Source of the DNA: an uncultured virus (IMG/VR IMGVR_UViG_3300021197_001080)
Lineage: Duplodnaviria > Heunggongvirae > Uroviricota > Caudoviricetes
Strand: one strand, 5' to 3'
Length of the DNA: 64,000 nt
IMG/VR virus record: IMGVR_UViG_3300021197_001080
A program made the position numbers and the translations under genes. Below are positions 47,846 through 57,095 of the stretch, one piece after another. How positions within the stretch are numbered: the first letter of the stretch is position 1; every line of letters starts with the position of its first letter. The notes under the pieces are model-generated. The model saw nothing but the letters and a program-made list of their open reading frames with translations. It ran no database searches and was not told where the DNA came from.

Positions 47846-48702
47846 TTAAAATGTATTTGGGTGTTGCTGGTGCTTGTGCTGAACAAAAAGCAAATGCCGT
47901 AGATACAACTTACACTCTTTCGGAGTTATCTTTTGATTCGGTGGTAGACGCAGGAACAACCGTATTAGTGGAATTGATGACTTCTCCAACTGAATTAATC
48001 TTAACCTTAGAACCCGGAACTGGTGAGAAATTAGATGCTTATTCCTTTGATGATAGCACTTTACCCGATTTTACAACCGTTCAAAACACTCTTTCGGTAG
48101 GGAGTGGGTCTAATCCAAGAGGGAATTGTTTTGGTAATGGTGGGCAATACTTGTATGTTGCAGGTCACGCTACTCCTTATTTTTCTCGTCGCACTCTTAC
48201 TATCCCTTATGATATTTCATCCGCTGGCTCACCAACAACAGGGACAAATGTTTTTGGAGCGCAGGGTATTGCTTACAAAAGTGATGGTAGTGTTGCTTAC
48301 ATCATTACAAGCACAGATGTTAGAGTGCTGACTCTCAGTAGTAATTGGGGGGTTTCCGGAACTTCAGTTACTCGGACTTTAGGTGGAACTGACGACGATG
48401 GAGATACTATTACTAGTTATACTGGTATTAGGTTTAAGCCTGATGGAACAAAGGTATTCGTGTCATATAGGGCAAACAACAACCCAAAGGTTGCAGAATA
48501 CTCTTTATCTACTGCTTGGGATTTAACCACTAAAACCTTTACCTCCAGCATTAATATTGGAAGCAATATTGGATTATATACTGCGTCACAGAATGCCTAT
48601 ATTGCTGGCCTTGATTGGAATTCGGATGGTAGTAAATTATTTGTTTGTAGCATTCATGTTGATAATACAACAAACCAAACCAAGGTTGGCTTCTATTCTT
48701 GA
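47842..48702 (+). CDS. beta-propeller-like receptor-binding/virion protein
   Basis: Repeated G..F/Y.(S/P)DG.K.(F/Y) and LSTAWDL-type blades. Confidence 0.65.
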   Translation: MIKMYLGVAGACAEQKANAVDTTYTLSELSFDSVVDAGTTVLVELMTSPTELILTLEPGTGEKLDAYSFDDSTLPDFTTVQNTLSVGSGSNPRGNCFGNGGQYLYVAGHATPYFSRRTLTIPYDISSAGSPTTGTNVFGAQGIAYKSDGSVAYIITSTDVRVLTLSSNWGVSGTSVTRTLGGTDDDGDTITSYTGIRFKPDGTKVFVSYRANNNPKVAEYSLSTAWDLTTKTFTSSINIGSNIGLYTASQNAYIAGLDWNSDGSKLFVCSIHVDNTTNQTKVGFYS

Positions 48703-48746
48703 AGTTGATATAGCAAGGTTTATTTTCTACACCTTGATGTGGGGCC

Positions 48747-49574
48747 ATGAAGGTCTCAGTCTATGAAGTGGGGCCTAGGGACGGCCTTCAATCTCTACCG
48801 GTTTTCGTGCCGACTGAGATGAAAACTAGGCTCATCACCGCTCTTTACGATGCTGGCCTCAAAAAGATAGAAGAAACAAGCATGGCTCACCCAAAAATTG
48901 TTCCACAGATGGCTGATGCTCAAGAGGTATATCAGCGAGGAGCAGTTCTTGTTATGAATCAAAGAGGTTATGAGAGAGCGTTAGATACAGGAGCAAGGAA
49001 AATTAATGTGGTCTTTTCTCCATGTGAAACTTTTAATTTAAAAAACATGAAAAAGACCCGAAGTGAAATTATTTTGATGTATAAGACATTCATGAAAGTC
49101 CCAAAGAAAGATGTAAGAGTTTACATCTCAATGGCATTCGGTTCTCCTTATTCTGGAACCTTCAGTGAAAGAGATATTCGCTCTTGCGTTAAAGATGCAA
49201 AGAAGTTAGGAAATACCGTTGTATTCTCTGACACTATTGGTTGTGGAACTACTAAACAAGTAAAGCAATTTGCAAAGATAGCGAAGGAAGAAAAAATAAG
49301 AAGTTCTCTCCACTTACATCATAAGGGTGATGAAGAGAAAGCATTTGAGTTGGTCAAGGTTGGGCTCTTTTCTGGAATCAAAGAGTTTGACTCCAGTATT
49401 GGGGGGTTGGGGGGTTGCCCGTTCACAGAAGGAAGTGGGGCGAACATCTCAACTGAAAAACTCGTTAAACATCTTACTGCTTGGGGTTTCAATTGTGGCA
49501 TTGTTCCGAGAGACCTCGCAAAGCCAACTAATTTGGCAAATAAAATCATTAGACTCCAAAGCCAGCCGCTTTGA
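48747..49574 (+). CDS. hmgL: hydroxymethylglutaryl-CoA lyase-like DRE-TIM metallolyase (AMG)
   Basis: EVGPRDGLQ, SDTIG, HLHH metal motif, GGLGGCPF with the catalytic-loop Cys. Confidence 0.85.
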   Translation: MKVSVYEVGPRDGLQSLPVFVPTEMKTRLITALYDAGLKKIEETSMAHPKIVPQMADAQEVYQRGAVLVMNQRGYERALDTGARKINVVFSPCETFNLKNMKKTRSEIILMYKTFMKVPKKDVRVYISMAFGSPYSGTFSERDIRSCVKDAKKLGNTVVFSDTIGCGTTKQVKQFAKIAKEEKIRSSLHLHHKGDEEKAFELVKVGLFSGIKEFDSSIGGLGGCPFTEGSGANISTEKLVKHLTAWGFNCGIVPRDLAKPTNLANKIIRLQSQPL

Positions 49575-49600
49575 AGTTTACAAATAATGACTGAGCGAAA

Positions 49601-49660
49601 AAAGACCTAAAAAAAAGTTGGGGGGAGAATCCTAAGACTCTCCCCCCGATAGGGTCTTTA
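49601..49660 (-). terminator. hairpin terminator at the convergence of the two gene blocks
   Basis: ggggggagaatc-ctaa-gactctcccccc stem (49620-49647) next to an A8 run (T8 on the - strand). Confidence 0.7.
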
Positions 49661-49790
49661 GCGACCAAAAGCCGCCGCAGTTTCTACACTCCCAAAGCCG
49701 TGCTTGGTCTGTAGAGCCAACATAGAAGCCTTGTAGCCTCTTAGCCAGCGTTTTTACTTTACAGTATGGGCATTGTTGTTTCAATGTCAT
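49632..49790 (-). CDS. 52-aa Zn ribbon with TFIIS/TFS-like spacing (not in ORF track)
   Basis: MTLKQQCPYC-x24-CRNCGGFWSLKTLSGGES*; overlaps the upstream stop. Confidence 0.65.
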   Translation of the reverse strand: MTLKQQCPYCKVKTLAKRLQGFYVGSTDQARLWECRNCGGFWSLKTLSGGES

Positions 49791-49939
49791 TTACGCCTAG
49801 CCTCATCCTTCCCGATAAGACGGTTCATATATTCCTCCACGGATTCTTCCGTGATATTTGAACCACCAAATGCGGCGAAGAAAAGAAGCATTAGCGCAAC
49901 AAGGAAAACAATCACCCAAAACCATTCCCAACCAGTCAT
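49787..49939 (-). CDS. 50-aa single-TM membrane protein (not in ORF track)
   Basis: MTGWEWFWVIVFLVALMLLFFAAFGGSNITEESVEEYMNRLIGKDEARRK*; GAGGTGA SD. Confidence 0.65.
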   Translation of the reverse strand: MTGWEWFWVIVFLVALMLLFFAAFGGSNITEESVEEYMNRLIGKDEARRK

Positions 49940-50532
49940 TACCAATTCACCTCCAAATCTACGAATTTCTCACCATTGATAGAGAACGCCTTCACAATCC
50001 CGTTTTCCTTTCCATAGTTCCACAGGTCATAGACAAGTTGAGTGTCTTTCATACAATATTCTACAACTTCATCAAATCTTCCCATCTTCCACAGTCTAGG
50101 AGCATCTGCGCTTTCCATGAGTTTAGAATCCTGCATCGTACATTTAACTAGATTCTTTAGCGGGAATCTCTCACCGTGATTCTTTAGAAGAACTTTAGAT
50201 GTGTCAATGTATTGTTTCTCACTCAAATATTTGTGGATGCAATAGATATCCATTGAGTCACGCAGAACAGGCAAGTCAAAGGCCGCTAGGTTGTGACCTA
50301 GGAGAACACCACCCTTTTGCAAATGTTCGTCTAAGTCATACTTCAATTCACCAAGGGATTTGATAATGTGTCCAGACTTTGCAAACTCACCAACTGGTTC
50401 GTCAACATAAACAGTCCCGGTATTGCCATCCCAAGTAGCCACAGTTGACACTTGAAACATATGCGTGTTGCCGAAGCCCCCTATGTCGTGAGACATGTTT
50501 TTGGTTTCAATGTCCAAGGCTAATACTGACAT
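49939..50532 (-). CDS. DEDD-type 3'-5' exonuclease (RNase H-like)
   Basis: ExoI LDIET, ExoII GHNLAAFD, ExoIII YCMKD. Confidence 0.85.
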   Translation of the reverse strand: MSVLALDIETKNMSHDIGGFGNTHMFQVSTVATWDGNTGTVYVDEPVGEFAKSGHIIKSLGELKYDLDEHLQKGGVLLGHNLAAFDLPVLRDSMDIYCIHKYLSEKQYIDTSKVLLKNHGERFPLKNLVKCTMQDSKLMESADAPRLWKMGRFDEVVEYCMKDTQLVYDLWNYGKENGIVKAFSINGEKFVDLEVNW

Positions 50533-50577
50533 TATCTCTCCAACCCGTTATATGCTTTCAATCCAATTAATGGCATA

Positions 50578-50805
50578 TCATTCACCGGCCCAAAGTTTAG
50601 AAACTTTCTCTTGCTCCTTATCCACCTTTGGGCTATCCTTTGTAGGGATTTCCCTCTTGAGGAAAGCAACGATGTTTGAGCCAGCCACGGTAAGCATAGA
50701 ACTGGATTCCCAGCCATCTTCACCGTAAGTGTTCAAAGTTTCAATAATGACCTTCGGCCCCTTCGTTACATCAAATACCAAATATGTGTTTTCCCATTTC
50801 TTCAT
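50578..50805 (-). CDS. small hypothetical protein (DUF4177-like)
   Basis: KWE...LNTYGEDGWE...FLKR pattern. Confidence 0.6.
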   Translation of the reverse strand: MKKWENTYLVFDVTKGPKVIIETLNTYGEDGWESSSMLTVAGSNIVAFLKREIPTKDSPKVDKEQEKVSKLWAGE

Positions 50806-52280
50806 TCTACATCATCTCCAATCAGTCGGATATATCTATACTTCCCGTGTGTTTTCTCATCAAACTTGTGTTCAATTGATTTAAAGTGCCTATAAATTTG
50901 CGACTTAGATTTATTTGCTTTCTCAATAGTTGCTTGAAGGTACTTACTCTTGTGAACATACCCTTCTTCGTCTTTCTTCATTTCTTTGTAGATTGACATG
51001 AATTGCGGTTCAAGAGATTTTTCAGCGATGCTCGCCTTCCGCACCTTTAGGCTCTGTTCAAGCCAAGAAACGAGACTGATATAACACTTCCTCATAACCA
51101 AAGCCGCTTCACGAACATGTTGACCAGTTACCAAGAACCGAGCATCCTTGTCCTTAATATTGAGACTGCGAGCAATACAAACGAGAATACTCATCTTGGT
51201 AAGGTTCACCATCAAGCGAGTGGTGAAGTTGGAGGCCAACTCAGCCACTTCTTTGCGACACTTGGAAAGTTCCGCTCTCATGTTCTTGTATTCAAGAATC
51301 AAATTTGCATTGAATCCATCAGCGAAGCGAATGGTCTTTGTTGAGTCCCCACCCATTTCTTCATGGTGCTCTTTGAGCATACTATAAATCTCCGTGAGAG
51401 CATTGACATACTTGTCAATGGGTTGATTGACTTCTTCAATCGTTCCAACCTTTGACAGTTGTTCAAGACGCATACTGTGTTGAATGTTATCCGGAACATC
51501 AACGATATACATGACCATTCTTTGAAGGACACCCTTCTCAGCAATAACGCTAGTGAGGTTATTCGGAGGATAGGTCATTGCCAGAACAGAGCGTTCCGAA
51601 TAGCATTGCATAATCTCTCCACTAAACTTTGTTAGTGCTTTAGAGATAACCCAAGATTCACCAGCAAGAGTGTTCATCAAAGTATTGAGATAAACGATTG
51701 AGTTCTCTTTGTGCTGACTTTGCTTGAAGATACCAGAATATTCAAACTCATCCCAATGGGCAAGACCACTACCTTCCAAAAGGCCCGGTATTCTTTCATA
51801 ACTCTTCTCGCCACTATCCGAATCAATCTCTTCATTGAATGTCCCAAGTAGAACGGAGTCGGTATAGTCAGTTACTCCAAAAATGTCAAACTTGCGAGGC
51901 ATAACATGGCTGTCAACAGGAGAGGTCAAGGGAGGGTGGGTACCGATATTGTTGATTCTTTCAAAGGTTCTTTTGGCAACAGGGCCAACAAAGTTCCAAA
52001 GAGTTGATTTACCGGTACCGGAAGTTTGAATCCAACAAAAGTGGATTCGGGAATCTTCACGGTTTCTGCCAATTGGGACGGTCACGAAATCTTTGCATAT
52101 TTGCCCAAGAATCGTAAAAAACGACATAGCGGCTGGAATCTCATTTTTGTGAGAAACCTTAGCGGCGTCTTCTTGGAATTCAGCCACAATCTTTGGCAGG
52201 CTTTCTGTTAGAGGTTTAGCAGTTTCTTCTGCCGCCAACCAATCTTCTTCATTTAATTCATATTCATCATAATTATTCAT
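50802..52280 (-). CDS. MCM-related AAA+ ATPase, putative replicative helicase
   Basis: Walker A SGTGKS, Walker B HWDE, arginine finger LQR, sensor-2-like TRL; possible C-terminal wHTH. Confidence 0.65.
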   Translation of the reverse strand: MNNYDEYELNEEDWLAAEETAKPLTESLPKIVAEFQEDAAKVSHKNEIPAAMSFFTILGQICKDFVTVPIGRNREDSRIHFCWIQTSGTGKSTLWNFVGPVAKRTFERINNIGTHPPLTSPVDSHVMPRKFDIFGVTDYTDSVLLGTFNEEIDSDSGEKSYERIPGLLEGSGLAHWDEFEYSGIFKQSQHKENSIVYLNTLMNTLAGESWVISKALTKFSGEIMQCYSERSVLAMTYPPNNLTSVIAEKGVLQRMVMYIVDVPDNIQHSMRLEQLSKVGTIEEVNQPIDKYVNALTEIYSMLKEHHEEMGGDSTKTIRFADGFNANLILEYKNMRAELSKCRKEVAELASNFTTRLMVNLTKMSILVCIARSLNIKDKDARFLVTGQHVREAALVMRKCYISLVSWLEQSLKVRKASIAEKSLEPQFMSIYKEMKKDEEGYVHKSKYLQATIEKANKSKSQIYRHFKSIEHKFDEKTHGKYRYIRLIGDDVE

Positions 52281-52972
52281 ATTTTCACCTTCTCTTCTGA
52301 GACTAATGTAGATAGGATTCTCTTGGCTAGGGTTTCGCCAATCCCGTCTACGACCTGCATTTCAAATGCAGAACATTCACCTATTTCCATAATGGAACCA
52401 AATTGTTTAATCAGGGCTTTCGCCTTTTTGTAGGAGACTCCCTTAATTCCAGTCAACACATCAAGCCTCAAGTCATCCGTTGTTACTCGCTTGAATACTT
52501 CCGGGCGGATTGCTTCTCTTGTCATCGGTTTGATTTTAGAGATTGATGTTATGATTTGTGCCGCCTCTTCTTCACTAGAAACCCAAAATGGTTTCGCATC
52601 GGTATCAAGGGTTATTCTACCAATAGCACCAAGAAACTTATTTCTAAGCATTATTGCTCTTGACTTGATGGGCATTTTACTCCTTGAGTTTTCAATAACT
52701 GCCATGACTGCTTCATCAATTGAACCATAAACAATCACAATACAATGATTGTAGTGCCTATCCATATTATCCAATTGAGTCCACATACGCTTTGACATAA
52801 TTGAACCTAGAAAATCAATAGATGACTTTGCCTCAAAGCAAACATCATCAAAAACATAATCTCCAATCTCAAGCCATCTTTTGTCTGTCTTAATGTTAAG
52901 AGCCTTCGCTTGCTTCTCAACAAGACCATACAGTTTTGATTTTTCTGTTTCCCTACTGTCAATAACCAACAT
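52277..52972 (-). CDS. xpf: XPF/ERCC4 family structure-specific nuclease (short form)
   Basis: IDSRE, GDY, EAKS..D, C-terminal HhH2 (IKGVS, VDGIG). Confidence 0.85.
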   Translation of the reverse strand: MLVIDSRETEKSKLYGLVEKQAKALNIKTDKRWLEIGDYVFDDVCFEAKSSIDFLGSIMSKRMWTQLDNMDRHYNHCIVIVYGSIDEAVMAVIENSRSKMPIKSRAIMLRNKFLGAIGRITLDTDAKPFWVSSEEEAAQIITSISKIKPMTREAIRPEVFKRVTTDDLRLDVLTGIKGVSYKKAKALIKQFGSIMEIGECSAFEMQVVDGIGETLAKRILSTLVSEEKVKI

Positions 52973-52973
52973 C

Positions 52974-54002
52974 TTACTCACTCCTTGGGTATCGCCAACA
53001 TTTGCCGATACAATAGCCATCGGAAATCAACTTAGCGCATGAAGGCGTGTTGTAATTCCCATAAACAGTAAACTTAGCGTGTTGCCGAGTGGTCCTCTCA
53101 TCCCAATCCAACCACACATCTTCTTTCTCCCCAAAGGAGACTCTTAATTCTTCTATAACCAAATCCAGCACTTTCTTCTTGTCTTCTAGGGTATTCAAGT
53201 CCCTATATCCACTTAGTAAATCACGATACCAAGAAACCAAATACGCTCTAGAGATGTGTGCTGGGTTTTCACTCATTGTAGCGTTGTGTAGGCACGGAAG
53301 TATGGGTAGGGTGCCATCGTAGTCGGGGACCTCTACTTCGCCCTCTATCTCTTCTAGAGGGGGTGCTTCGGGGAAGACCGCTTTGATGGACCCCTCCTTA
53401 CGGAAGGGGATTGTCCTGTGGCATTTAGCCAAAGTGAGGATGTTGGATAGGCCGTTCTGCAAATCATCATAAAACAGAGGAATGCAATAATACGAATTAC
53501 CATTTCCATCACTTGAGGATAGGTTAACTGTATTGGGTACTCTACGAAGGCGAGTGATTTGTCCAACTCTGTCGTCCAGCGTTGAGTTCTCTCCGAGAAG
53601 AGACTTCATTCTTCGGAAAAAGACCTGTATGTTTCGGATTGAGCGGGTCTGTTCACCTTCAATGAACAGGTGGAATCCTCTTCCGGAAAAAAAGAGAGAG
53701 TGCTCCCACTTATTTTCTTTGACATGTTCCATGATAGTGCAGGTATCGCTGAAGGCTCTTTCAAGAGCACCTTCCCCATGAGCATCAAAATCAAGAAAGA
53801 TTCTGTTTATAACAACAGAGTTCTCTATCTTAGCATTACCACTAAAGTTCTCAAAGTCATAAACCGTCGTGTAGACATTGGTTTTATTGTTTTGAACCCT
53901 AACGAACTCAATGTATTCATTCTTCGTTTGCACTATCTTTCTCTTCATTTGTGGGGCGTTCTTGATGTGACTCCCCGCCCAAACTTCCCTCGGAAACTTC
54001 AT
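52974..54002 (-). CDS. priS: archaeo-eukaryotic primase, PriS catalytic domain fused to PriL-like Fe-S domain
   Basis: FLDFD, SGRGFH, RRVPNTVN; C-terminal LPC...SC..C...C. Confidence 0.85.
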   Translation of the reverse strand: MKFPREVWAGSHIKNAPQMKRKIVQTKNEYIEFVRVQNNKTNVYTTVYDFENFSGNAKIENSVVINRIFLDFDAHGEGALERAFSDTCTIMEHVKENKWEHSLFFSGRGFHLFIEGEQTRSIRNIQVFFRRMKSLLGENSTLDDRVGQITRLRRVPNTVNLSSSDGNGNSYYCIPLFYDDLQNGLSNILTLAKCHRTIPFRKEGSIKAVFPEAPPLEEIEGEVEVPDYDGTLPILPCLHNATMSENPAHISRAYLVSWYRDLLSGYRDLNTLEDKKKVLDLVIEELRVSFGEKEDVWLDWDERTTRQHAKFTVYGNYNTPSCAKLISDGYCIGKCWRYPRSE

Positions 54003-54288
54003 TCTTATTACCTCCAAAATTTACGGTTGCGCTTTCCAGCATATTTCTAATCGTTCCTGCTACTTCCCCTTGAATGTGAGTCATAACAATTTCTCTGAAT
54101 ACATCTTCTAAAGCCATCCCGACATAAACATCATTGATTTTTGTCTCTCTGGCCAATTGGAACCTTTCAATCACATTCATCTCAGAATAGATTTCCTTAG
54201 ATAGAAGACCTATTGTTGCCTTGAGATTTGAAATCTCAGAAAAGGTCCAATTCTTTTTCAGCACTTTCATTTTTATTATATCATCCAT
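53917..54288 (-). CDS. hypothetical protein
   Basis: AAGTGATATT SD-like site; 3' end overlaps the primase start. Confidence 0.6.
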   Translation of the reverse strand: MDDIIKMKVLKKNWTFSEISNLKATIGLLSKEIYSEMNVIERFQLARETKINDVYVGMALEDVFREIVMTHIQGEVAGTIRNMLESATVNFGGNKNEVSEGSLGGESHQERPTNEEKDSANEE

Positions 54289-54292
54289 AATA

Positions 54293-54478
54293 TCACTTTT
54301 TTTCTAATTTTTTTAATCGCAGATATGTTTCTGCTTCTCTTTTCCTTATCAAGTTGATTGTTTTTTCTTGATAACTGATGAGTTTTTCTAACCGCTTTAT
54401 TTGTTTTTGATAAACAAGGTTGAGACGAATAATAAACAAAGAGAGCAGAACAAATGCTACTAGCCCATCCACTAGCAT
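54293..54478 (-). CDS. small TM + coiled-coil protein
   Basis: N-terminal hydrophobic helix; AT-rich. Confidence 0.5.
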   Translation of the reverse strand: MLVDGLVAFVLLSLFIIRLNLVYQKQIKRLEKLISYQEKTINLIRKREAETYLRLKKLEKK

Positions 54479-54483
54479 TTATC

Positions 54484-55389
54484 TCACACCCAAGTATCGT
54501 CCTGCGCTCCCTCGCAGATACCAAAGTAAGAACAATGGGCGCATGTTTTGTAAAAGAACTTCGTTGGAAAGTTCTCTTGCTCATACGCTTGAATCAACTT
54601 AGCAATATTATCCTTAACAGAAGTAAGGCTTCTTTTCTTTATTTCTTCAACATAGACATAATTAGAAACAGGGTAATACCAACCCCAATGAGTTACTTTC
54701 ATATCTCTCGTAAGGCCGTTTTCTTCAAGAACTTCATCGGTAGCATACTCAATTAACATTTGATAGAAAGCCATTTCTTGGCGCATTGATGTTTTCTTAA
54801 AGTCCTTCCAAGGGCCAGTTTTGAACTCAAAGGGAATAAGGCCGTTATTTTCAATAAAAATCCGGTCAATGATGCCTTGAATGTGAATTACATAATCCTG
54901 CATAAGTGGATATTTCTTACTTCCATCTTTAGGAATCGTAATCTCAGCGTCAAACTTACCCTCGTTAACTATGGGCAGGTATTCATGGGTTTTCTCTTCA
55001 CTCCTTGCTTCAATATAGCGTTGTGCCTCAAATGCGGCTACATTCATTGAAATATCAAAATACTCATCAAGAGGGAAAAGGCGAGAACAGTAGTCAACAA
55101 CTTCATCGGCAGACATATCTTCTGCTTTCTTCAAATCAAACTCATTAAAGAAATCCTCTCTGTGGTTGTGTAGAATTGTCCCCTTACGCATTGCTTCAGA
55201 CTGGTCTTGTGGTAGCCTTTGGATATAACCAAAGTCGTACTTCTTCGCACACCAATTGTGTGAACCAAGAGAAGATTTTGTAATCTTCAAAATTGGTCTA
55301 CTTGGGTCTTCGTATGCTGAAGGTTCCCATTGGTATGTGTATTCTCTCATAGATGCTATTCTTGCTTTGTATTTTTCATTTGTATTCAT
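54484..55389 (-). CDS. Cas4-like PD-(D/E)XK nuclease with Fe-S cluster
   Basis: N-terminal Cys, GTILH, GIID, EFKTG, EMAFY, C-terminal CAHCSYFGIC. Confidence 0.85.
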   Translation of the reverse strand: MNTNEKYKARIASMREYTYQWEPSAYEDPSRPILKITKSSLGSHNWCAKKYDFGYIQRLPQDQSEAMRKGTILHNHREDFFNEFDLKKAEDMSADEVVDYCSRLFPLDEYFDISMNVAAFEAQRYIEARSEEKTHEYLPIVNEGKFDAEITIPKDGSKKYPLMQDYVIHIQGIIDRIFIENNGLIPFEFKTGPWKDFKKTSMRQEMAFYQMLIEYATDEVLEENGLTRDMKVTHWGWYYPVSNYVYVEEIKKRSLTSVKDNIAKLIQAYEQENFPTKFFYKTCAHCSYFGICEGAQDDTWV

Positions 55390-55613
55390 TACTTTCGCCC
55401 TCCATGGGCTTTACAGGTTTTTTGTGTTAGCGTGACCCATTTCTTACAACGGTTTCCGCTTGCGGCTGTTCCGGTACATCGGAAAATGTCGGGTGGAGTT
55501 GTTGTGCGACAACGCCAGCAAATGGGTACATAGTCGCTCTGTTTGTAAGAGACCGGCCTTACATTAATTTTCTTTTCGCACATGCTACAGAAATAAGACA
55601 CCATTAGAACCAA
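55389..55613 (-). CDS. small Zn-finger protein
   Basis: CSMC, CWRC, C..C..C..H. Confidence 0.6.
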   Translation of the reverse strand: MVLMVSYFCSMCEKKINVRPVSYKQSDYVPICWRCRTTTPPDIFRCTGTAASGNRCKKWVTLTQKTCKAHGGRK

Positions 55614-56512
55614 TCCTCCAAACTCATTTGCACACTTCCGTTCCTAATACCGGAAATGTTCCAATTCATTGCCTTGTAAATAGGCTCTGCTTTCTTGACC
55701 ACTTGTTCTGCGTAGTGCTCCCAGTTCGGTGTGTATTCCTCAAGGTCTGCGTAAGTTGTCCCAGCAACATATTCAACGCTTCTCACTTCTTTCGTGAGAG
55801 GATGAACATAGGTTTCTGTTGTCCTTGCTTTCATGTGCAGGTAAGAGTCGTCAAAGGTCATATCTTTATTTTGCCAGCAATGCACAATACCGGCAATACC
55901 GGCAGATATGCTTGGTCTCTTCCCTTCAAGGGTAACGAAGTTGGAAGGGGTTTCTTGGCAGGGCATGTGATTTTTTCTTTTCTTGTGGCCGCAGATTTTT
56001 CTGTCTGCTACTTGCTTGAGATGATGCTTTGTTCCACAAACATCGCACTTTAACATAAAGCGGTTTTCTCGTAGGCGGCTTCTTTTTACAATCGTTTTAA
56101 TTGGTATGCTACCGGTAAGGACATCACGATAGGTATCGTAAAGGTACTTATTGATTTCACGCTGAGACTTCTGTGAGACCCACATCTTAAGCGCATCAGT
56201 TTGCACTTGCTTTGCAAGTTTTGTCTCACTTACTCTCTTGGCAGTAAAACCAGTTAAGGTGAATTTGGGCTTTTGGAGGAAAACCCCGTCTTCCCAAGTA
56301 ATCATTCCTGCGTTTCTGTTCTTCGTAACACCGACACCCAACGCTTCATAGTATTTCTCAAACTCCAAGACGACGGGATGTTGTTCAAGTCCGAGAACAT
56401 TCGGGAACTTCTTTCTAACTTCATTTTGAATCTCCTCTGCTACTTCTTTGGCTTTTTCAATGCTATCAATCTGAACATAAATTGAATCAGTATGTCCGTA
56501 AACTACCTTCAT
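55604..56512 (-). CDS. polB: family B DNA polymerase, C-terminal subunit (split gene)
   Basis: Starts at motif C (YGHTDS); LEFEK, KNRNA, palm/thumb, HYAEQ; Cys/His insertion. Confidence 0.9.
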   Translation of the reverse strand: MKVVYGHTDSIYVQIDSIEKAKEVAEEIQNEVRKKFPNVLGLEQHPVVLEFEKYYEALGVGVTKNRNAGMITWEDGVFLQKPKFTLTGFTAKRVSETKLAKQVQTDALKMWVSQKSQREINKYLYDTYRDVLTGSIPIKTIVKRSRLRENRFMLKCDVCGTKHHLKQVADRKICGHKKRKNHMPCQETPSNFVTLEGKRPSISAGIAGIVHCWQNKDMTFDDSYLHMKARTTETYVHPLTKEVRSVEYVAGTTYADLEEYTPNWEHYAEQVVKKAEPIYKAMNWNISGIRNGSVQMSLEDWF

Positions 56513-56513
56513 A

Positions 56514-56789
56514 TCAAACCCTTCTTACAAACATCATTCCAACTGGTTGATTGGCCATCTTAGCGACTTCATCTTGGATTTCTCTAACTGCTGAAAGAAG
56601 CGTGAGATTGGTCTTATCTTCTGCATATAGACCATCCAAATCCGATGCTAGGGCTTCTATCTTTCGCTCCATGTTCTTCACCCCTTCAATGAGGTTGTTC
56701 ACGGTATGTTGCATAACGCTCATCGTTTTTATGTTTTCAAGAAGCAGGGCTTCCGTCTTATCTGTTTCTTTATTGTTTTCTTCATTCAT
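56514..56789 (-). CDS. small coiled-coil protein
   Basis: Heptad pattern; ATGA overlap. Confidence 0.6.
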   Translation of the reverse strand: MNEENNKETDKTEALLLENIKTMSVMQHTVNNLIEGVKNMERKIEALASDLDGLYAEDKTNLTLLSAVREIQDEVAKMANQPVGMMFVRRV

Positions 56790-56941
56790 AATATCACTAC
56801 CAATAGTGTGATGATAGTTGCAATATTTACTGCATTTACCATCATTAAGATTTTGTTGCTTCTTTTTACATTCTCTAGCAACTCAGAGAGTGTGCCTTGT
56901 GTTTCTTTTTGCACTTCAATTAATTCGTCTAAGTTAAACAT
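56786..56941 (-). CDS. 51-aa protein with C-terminal TM helix (not in ORF track)
   Basis: MFNLDELIEVQKETQGTLSELLENVKRSNKILMMVNAVNIATIITLLVVIL*. Confidence 0.55.
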   Translation of the reverse strand: MFNLDELIEVQKETQGTLSELLENVKRSNKILMMVNAVNIATIITLLVVIL

Positions 56942-56945
56942 AGTA

Positions 56946-57095
56946 TCATCTCATTACATCAATAGTTTTAGATTCAAAGTCGCACTTTCTGTTGTCACAT
57001 TTGAATCTCAACTTGTTCAAGCCCACTTTATTCTCAGTTGCAAAGTAGATTTTGAATTGCTTTCTAAAGCATTTCGGGCAGATAAAGTTCTTCAT
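56946..57095 (-). CDS. 49-aa Zn-ribbon protein (not in ORF track)
   Basis: MKNFICPKC...CDNRKC...; ATGA overlap with the HNH stop. Confidence 0.55.
   Translation of the reverse strand: MKNFICPKCFRKQFKIYFATENKVGLNKLRFKCDNRKCDFESKTIDVMR

Noticed and set aside
45935..48702. Diversity-generating retroelement targeting the fibre
   Set aside because: No reverse transcriptase or TR/VR pair seen.
1309..49549. Many minus-strand ORFs in the + strand block (and + strand ORFs in the - block), e.g. 25232-25972, 61871-62707
   Set aside because: Antisense shadows of real genes, with no SD sites or motifs.
54484..55389. Cas4 as evidence of a CRISPR-Cas system
   Set aside because: It stands alone in the replication block; no cas1/cas2 or array is present.
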